Below are positions 58,601 to 64,000 of a DNA stretch of 64,000 nt, in pieces. The notes below the pieces were generated by a model that saw only the letters and a list, made by a program, of their open reading frames with translations, had not been told where the DNA came from and searched no databases. The DNA comes from Botryllus schlosseri. Its lineage: Eukaryota. The stretch's first letter is position 1, and each line of letters opens with the position of its first letter. The stretch is from NCBI GenBank assembly GCA_051294905.1, contig CM119381.1:25668001-25732000 (forward strand), read 5' to 3'. A program made the translations under genes and the position numbers.

Positions 58601-61600
58601 ACAGATAAAAGACAAGTTTCTGGGAGTATTTTTCAATTATTGGTCCTGATGTACGAGACTTGAATAAGTCATATAGAATATATCGAGTCATTTTCCAGTT
58701 TTAACAAAATGAAGCGAGTCAAGTCGAGTCAACAAAAGATTGTGACTTGAGTCATTACAACCCTGGTAACAAAATCCCACATTAAACTTAGATATATCAA
58801 TCCTGAATGGTTAGTAATGATTGGTGCAGCAAGTACTTGTAATCTAGAAAACTTACCATTTCTTGTCCTTGTCATTTTCTGGCAAGAAGTTTCTCTCTAT
58901 CATCCAGTCTTCCTTCAGGAATTTAGTCCTAGCAAATATCAATAGATTTAATATCTGCATTTTTAAATTTAAACCGGGGGCCGATATCACGACGAATTAT
59001 CGAACACACGATTTTCGTAATGGTAATATCGTGTCATCATTTAGCAAGGCAAGATTACAAGGTTATTACTTATTACAATTCGTCACAATGTTACTACAAT
59101 CATGCATGATGAATTAAAATTAAATGTCACATATATATGATTCGATTTCTGTAAGCTATTTGTGGTAGTTATTGCAAGATCAAACGGATCACATCTATAA
59201 TTACAATGCAAGATTGGAATGCAATGCAAGATTGCGATACAATTAGTATCCGTCCATGCATATATTTTTGCAGGCGGAGTACTTACATGTATTCATTCTT
59301 TTCTAAAACAGAGCACAGTCATTCTAATATCAAAGAATCTTGATATATAACAGCAACTCCTAAAAAATCAGTATTCCTACTAATTCTAATATCCATTTCC
59401 GATGTTTACTGTCACAGAAACGGTATCTTACATGTAGTTTCTTACAGAATCCGGCAGAATAACAACGCATTTTTGTCCTGCTTTCAATTGTTTGCAAGCT
59501 TGGACGGCGACATGGGCATTTGCTCCACTACTTCCTCCTAGAAAAAGAGTGAAATCTCAATACCGATGATTTGATCAGCAAGAATGTCACAATTGTAATG
59601 GTTGTCACTCATAACTTACCGCACAAGAACCCTTCTTCTCTGATGAGACGACGCGCCATGATAAAGGATTCTTTATCAACAGTTTTGTACCATTGGTCCA
59701 CAACAGATCTGGACAAAAGCTGGTTTTGAGAAAAGTATTTGTAACATTGTGGATGGTATTGAGCAGAATATCATCATCACATTGAAATAAACCCGAACAT
59801 TTCTGGCTAACACTCGTTAAGGTTAGGAATTGGTACGGGATTCAAAAGAACTTTGCATACTAAGAGTCTTATCGCCATCATCATAATATATCACAATGAT
59901 ACATCATAATAATATATATATTCTGAAGCACCACGTCCTATTTAGTGCATTTTGGCTGAGCAGAGTTTATGAGGTCACCACGAATTGCATGACACGGAAA
60001 CACATTTCTTTTGCTAAAGAGACAACAGTCTGGTACTTCACCTCGATTATTTAAAATTTCATACCAGTGATGATGATTTGGTGATTGTTGATAATCAATG
60101 TTCTTTCCAATTTTCTACTAGTTGCCGACGATTACCCCTGACGAGTGTCAGCCGAAAATATTCGGGTTTATTTCAATATGAATATGTTATTCAGTTGTAT
60201 ATCGAAGTTACACATAGGTGATCAAAAAGCTGTTGGGAAGTAGCCTATTTCGATAGACGAAAAACCAATTTTGGACAAGGAAAAGATAAAATTATAAGGC
60301 AACATGGTGCAGCACAGCTAAAACGGCAGGCTAATCACTTGACATAGAGGAATATTGTGTTACCGGTCAAGTACAGTGGGTATGAAGTCGTATCCTGTTC
60401 CTTCAACTTCATAAAACTTGATATCGCTTTTATTCATTTCCTCTGGTTGAGCCAGAATTGAGCCATACGGATCAACACCAACAACCTGGTAATTGAAGAA
60501 CAATCAAGTTATCGGTGACCATTTTCCAATCCAAGTCATACTTTGCAATTTGGACACTTCTCTTTGATTTTACGGCCAATTCCACACACTGTTCCACCGG
60601 TACCAGCTCCCACAACAACCATATCGAGGTCACCTAAATTTCAGAACATTGCATCAGCAACATCAGAATATTGATGCGGTCAGTTTTTAGCTACATCTGA
60701 GACAGCGCTATGCTTTTGATTATCAAAATAAAATTATACCTCCGCACTGTGCTATGATTTCTTCAGCGGTAGTGTCGTAATGCGCAACTGGATTTCCTGC
60801 ATTGGTGTACTGCGAATGCGGTAGAATGTTAATAAGCTGTATAAAACGTACTGCAAACATGGGAAAATCATGCTGCGAAAATTATAAGCTGAAATACTCG
60901 GACGCGGTTCAAGTAGTCTCTGATAAGTAGGACTAGCAATTTCGCACTGGACTCAAAACCGAAGTTTTGTAAAATCCTCTAATACAGTGGTTCTCAACCT
61001 TTTTCACCCCGCGGACCGGTAGAATTTCAAAAAATGTCTGGCGGACCGGTGAACTTTCAAAATTGAAATGAATCCAAAATGTGGAGTATGCAACCGTTTT
61101 TTGTCATTATATGGTGCTAGAGAGTGACATTTTATGGTAGTGAGTCTGCCGAGTCGAGGTAGAATTGCCTTGTCCAGATAAACGTGATACCGCCGAGAAT
61201 CGTTCACAGTCTTTCGCGCCGAAGGACGTGGGTTTAACCGACCACGCCAACTCGAATAATATTCTTCCTTTTGACAATATCAAGACAAGAAGCGTTTCGG
61301 AGTCGAATCAAGCACTTTGTCGTGCTACCTTGCTCATTGCCCACTACCACCAGATGCTGGCTACTCGGGCAGCTACAAATGCAATGCGTACCGCAATAAA
61401 ATACCTTACAGCAGCTATACCGGCCATGCGCAAATCCGGGCCGAAAAAGCACTTCGTCAGCCCACCCCCAAAAACGTTGGTCTTGGGCCCCCACAAGGCG
61501 ATAAGCAAAACTTCCGGGGGCTTCGCCCCCAGACCCCACAGTTGGGTGGTTAGGTTTACACCTGTACTAGTGAGCACATTCATTCTACTCAATGTAAGCA

Positions 61601-63538
61601 GAGAGTTTATGTAGCTTAATCGCACCAATAGCGAAAAATTTTGATCATTCATGATTTAAGAGGCTTTCTCGATGCCGAAATTTTGGCACACCTTTCGGAG
61701 GGTTGTAACCAAGTCACAAGGCTTCGAGTCACAAGTCAATCGCACTTTTATAGTTTTGATTCGAGTCAAATCTATTGTCATTTTCAATTCACCACCGAGT
61801 CAAAGTCAGCGAGCAGAGGGTCAAGTCTGAGTCATGGTATTATGACTCGAGTCCGAGTCCAAGTCACTTTGTTGACTGTTCATTTTCCAGTTAAAGTCTT
61901 GTTAAACCCAATTTTTAGAACTATGTTTGATGATATCGAATGGTTCGCATTAATAATATCCTAATTTTCCTCACTTTCAGCAGTTTTTGGTCGCATTTTC
62001 AAGTACGAGTACTAATAGACGAGACCTCAATATTGTGGTTGCTTTAATATTTTTCGAAATTACAATGAAATGTCGGTCCTGGCCGTCTAGGTCTCGAGTC
62101 ATATGACTTGGTTCGAATCATGCGCATTGACTCGTGTTCAAGTCGAGTCAATACACAGATTGACTCGAGTCGAATCGAGTCGAGTCGTTTCCGTATTTTG
62201 AAAAAATAACTCGATTCAAGTCGAATCATTCGAATATCGCGACTCGAGTCGAGTCATGACTCGAGTCATTACAACCCAGCCTTTCGGAGTCCCATGTTAG
62301 CGTAAACTTCATAATGTGTTGGTACGCCGTGGCGCGGTAATGGCTGACGCCGAAATGCCTATTTCTATAAATCATGCGTATTTCTCGGAGAAGGGAACCT
62401 AATATGCAAGACATTCAGTGACACTAAATCGCGCAAAGAGCGGAAAAGAAGTTGAAAAATGTTGAAAAAAAGTTTTTTTTAAAATACGCTATGATTTATG
62501 TTCATTTGCAAAATAATTTTGGGCCTTTTTCAAGCTCGGCCCCTCTCCAATTGGGCGGTTTGGAGTGCCTAAGTTACGGCCCTGCACAAAATGAATGACT
62601 TGAAAACGAATGATCGCGCAGACTGCTTTGTTTAGCGATGAGCTCGTGTCTGTTCAGTACTTATCGCCTTCAACATTACATCTTGCAATTAAGGTATAAA
62701 ATTGTAATATACCTGGCGGACCGGCAGGAATGTCGTCGCGGACCGGCACCGGTCCGGCGGTTGAGAACCACTGCTCTAATACGTAGTTTCGGGGAATTTG
62801 ATCTGTTATTAGCTTCATGCTTTATTATGCAAATAAATGCCCGTACAAATCAGCAATTTCAAAACTGTATCATGTGATAGTTGGATAGATAATTTGGCTT
62901 TGAAAACTGATTAAGTATGAGTTTTTAAGTAGTAATGTAAAAACTGAACTCCCTAGTAAGTGCCAAAATTTTATTCAGCAATCATATGAAAAGACTACTT
63001 AACAAACTCCATGACCGACCACCTCTTGACTAATACATTATATATATTTCTATGCATATCTACGTGAAAATTTGAGAGTGCTGACCTACAACAAACACCA
63101 ACCTGGTCCAGAATGACGGCATTCTTTATTTCTTTTTGCAACTTTTGCGCAACTCTTATATGGGATTCTGGCATTTCGAAGGAAGCAGAGGTAGGTGTTC
63201 GGACAATCTCCGCGCCAAGACCCATCAGCACATTCACCTGTGATTATGTTATGCAGCACTGTGAAATATGTCATTCAATGTCCTTGCATTTTAATATAAG
63301 GCAAATAAATTGTTCTCAATAGGGAGAGTCTTCCACACTATAAATTGAAAATTGTTTCACAATTCAGTGATCCTGGCTATAATTCCAGATATTGCAATAG
63401 TTGAAAGAGCAATATGCTATATTCCAAACTAGAATCACGAATCCAAATTTCAAGTTACCTTTTCCGAACTCATCTTTTCTGGCAAAACAATCACGCAGCG
63501 GTATCCTTTAACAGCGGCAGCAAGTGCAAGCCCGATTC
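55651..63538 (-). CDS. CBS: Cystathionine beta-synthase, 3' 13 coding exons (5' exons beyond window)
   Basis: Exons 63459-63538, 63103-63237, 60740-60809, 60542-60633, 60364-60485, 59620-59708, 59432-59537, 58857-58928, 58135-58269, 57969-58077, 56449-56533, 56331-56390, 55651-55733. Motifs [60 protein letters not shown], followed by the CBS domains. Confidence 0.95.
56823..57775. mobile_element. MITE with (aagtag)n subterminal arrays
   Basis: TIR cagaggtggtc/gaccacctctg. Perfect TSD gtcatatc (56815-22, 57776-83). A related right end lies at ~50940-51200. Confidence 0.9.
58300..58765. mobile_element. Rearranged family A MITE (left arm inverted, right arm forward)
   Basis: 58300-58600 matches the reverse complement of the family A left half. 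58640-58765 matches the forward right arm, ending ttacaaccctg. Confidence 0.65.
59779..59860 (-). repeat. Family B copy, hammerhead core mutated (CTGACGA to TTAACGA)
   Basis: Reverse complement reads cctaaccTTAACGAgtgttagccaGAAAtgtTCgggtttatttcaat. Confidence 0.75.
60124..60168 (+). ncRNA. Minimal type I hammerhead ribozyme (second intact core), antisense in a CBS intron
   Basis: accc 60134-37, CTGACGA 60138-44, GAAA 60154-57, AATATT, C17 at 60163, gggt 60164-67. The upstream pseudoknot strand is gccgac (one mismatch). Confidence 0.68.
60985..62773. mobile_element. 1.8-kb Buster-type hAT element with nested family A MITE
   Basis: TIR cagtggttctcaacc/ggttgagaaccactg. Perfect TSD ctctaata (60977-84, 62774-81). 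Confidence 0.9.
61699..62279 (+). mobile_element. Full-length family A MITE (nested)
   Basis: agggttgtaacc/ttacaacccag, flanked by direct repeat cctttcgg (61691-98, 62280-87). Colinear with 31370-31908. Confidence 0.88.
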
Positions 63539-63636
63539 CTGCAAAGGTTGTGATGCGGGATTTAAATGCCAAATTGCTTCGAATTTTGATGCACAGGCTA
63601 ATATATGATATTTCTACCATGGTTACAGGTTATCAG

Positions 63637-64000
63637 TAGGGCGATTTTTTTACATATCACAAAAGTCAAAATTTTTACAAAATTGTAGCGTTAGGGACAA
63701 TTTTAATACCTGAGTCAAAAATTTTTTGCAACCTGCATTTCGCTTGCATCGTACATGTTTGCACTGTCAGTGACAGTTTACATCTTGTAGCCTACTTTAT
63801 AGACCCACCGTTGTAGACGGCCTATTGTCTGCTGATTGTGAATCATGAACGGTCAAATGAAACAAATAGTTTGACACGGTGTTTTGCTCAATTTACCGCA
63901 ATATCCTAACTGAAGCAAGACTGTGCGGGCATTGGATCTTATATAAAGAAGCGCATCATGGAAACTTGTGATGTAGACAACATGTCAGAATGAAGCAACA
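63637..64000 (+). mobile_element. Second copy of the hAT derivative at 28463, running off the window end
   Basis: Starts tagggcgattttt. 63780-64000 aligns with 28590-28825, e.g. ccgcaatatcctaactgaagcaagactg and tgtcagaatgaagcaaca. Confidence 0.8.

Noticed and set aside
61165-61652. Overlapping 78-149 aa ORFs
   Set aside because: They lie in the GC-richer interior of a non-autonomous hAT element and have no recognisable domain.
1-64000. tRNA, rRNA, snRNA or SL RNA genes
   Set aside because: No complete cloverleaf or recognisable snRNA/SL sequence was seen by eye; a tRNAscan-SE/Infernal run would be needed to exclude them.

Overview
Eukaryotic, intron-rich, AT-rich animal genomic DNA. It is most consistent with an invertebrate chordate (ascidian-like); this is inferred from gene content and protein features, not proven. 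Ten housekeeping genes can be reconstructed by hand with GT-AG junctions: TAB1 (-, C-terminus not found in window), an intronless UMP-CMP kinase (-), intronless RPF1 (+), an intronless LysM-domain gene (+), golgin-45/BLZF1 (+), splicing factor 1 SF1 (-, 12 exons), RPL29 (+), PIH1D2 (-), CKS1 (+) and cystathionine beta-synthase (-, 5' part beyond the window end). Introns and spacers are packed with transposon relics, roughly a quarter to a third of the window by my hand tally. These include about 16 hAT-type MITEs with readable 8-bp target-site duplications (several nested), three 3' fragments of a CR1/L2-like LINE, and a 2.2-kb TTAA-flanked Kolobok-type deletion derivative with a THAP ORF and a decayed KolX/P2X7-ballast-like gene. 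There is also a seven-copy repeat carrying a minimal type I hammerhead ribozyme (Penelope-type) with a putative pseudoknot. The best leads are: the hammerhead family (all sense-oriented intronic copies are core-inactivated), the Kolobok derivative with a predicted 207-aa THAP-only product, a TAB1 that retains PP2C metal-binding aspartates lost in human TAB1, and paired foldback MITEs bracketing TAB1 exon 5. No database searches or folding programs were run; homologies come from recalled family motifs.
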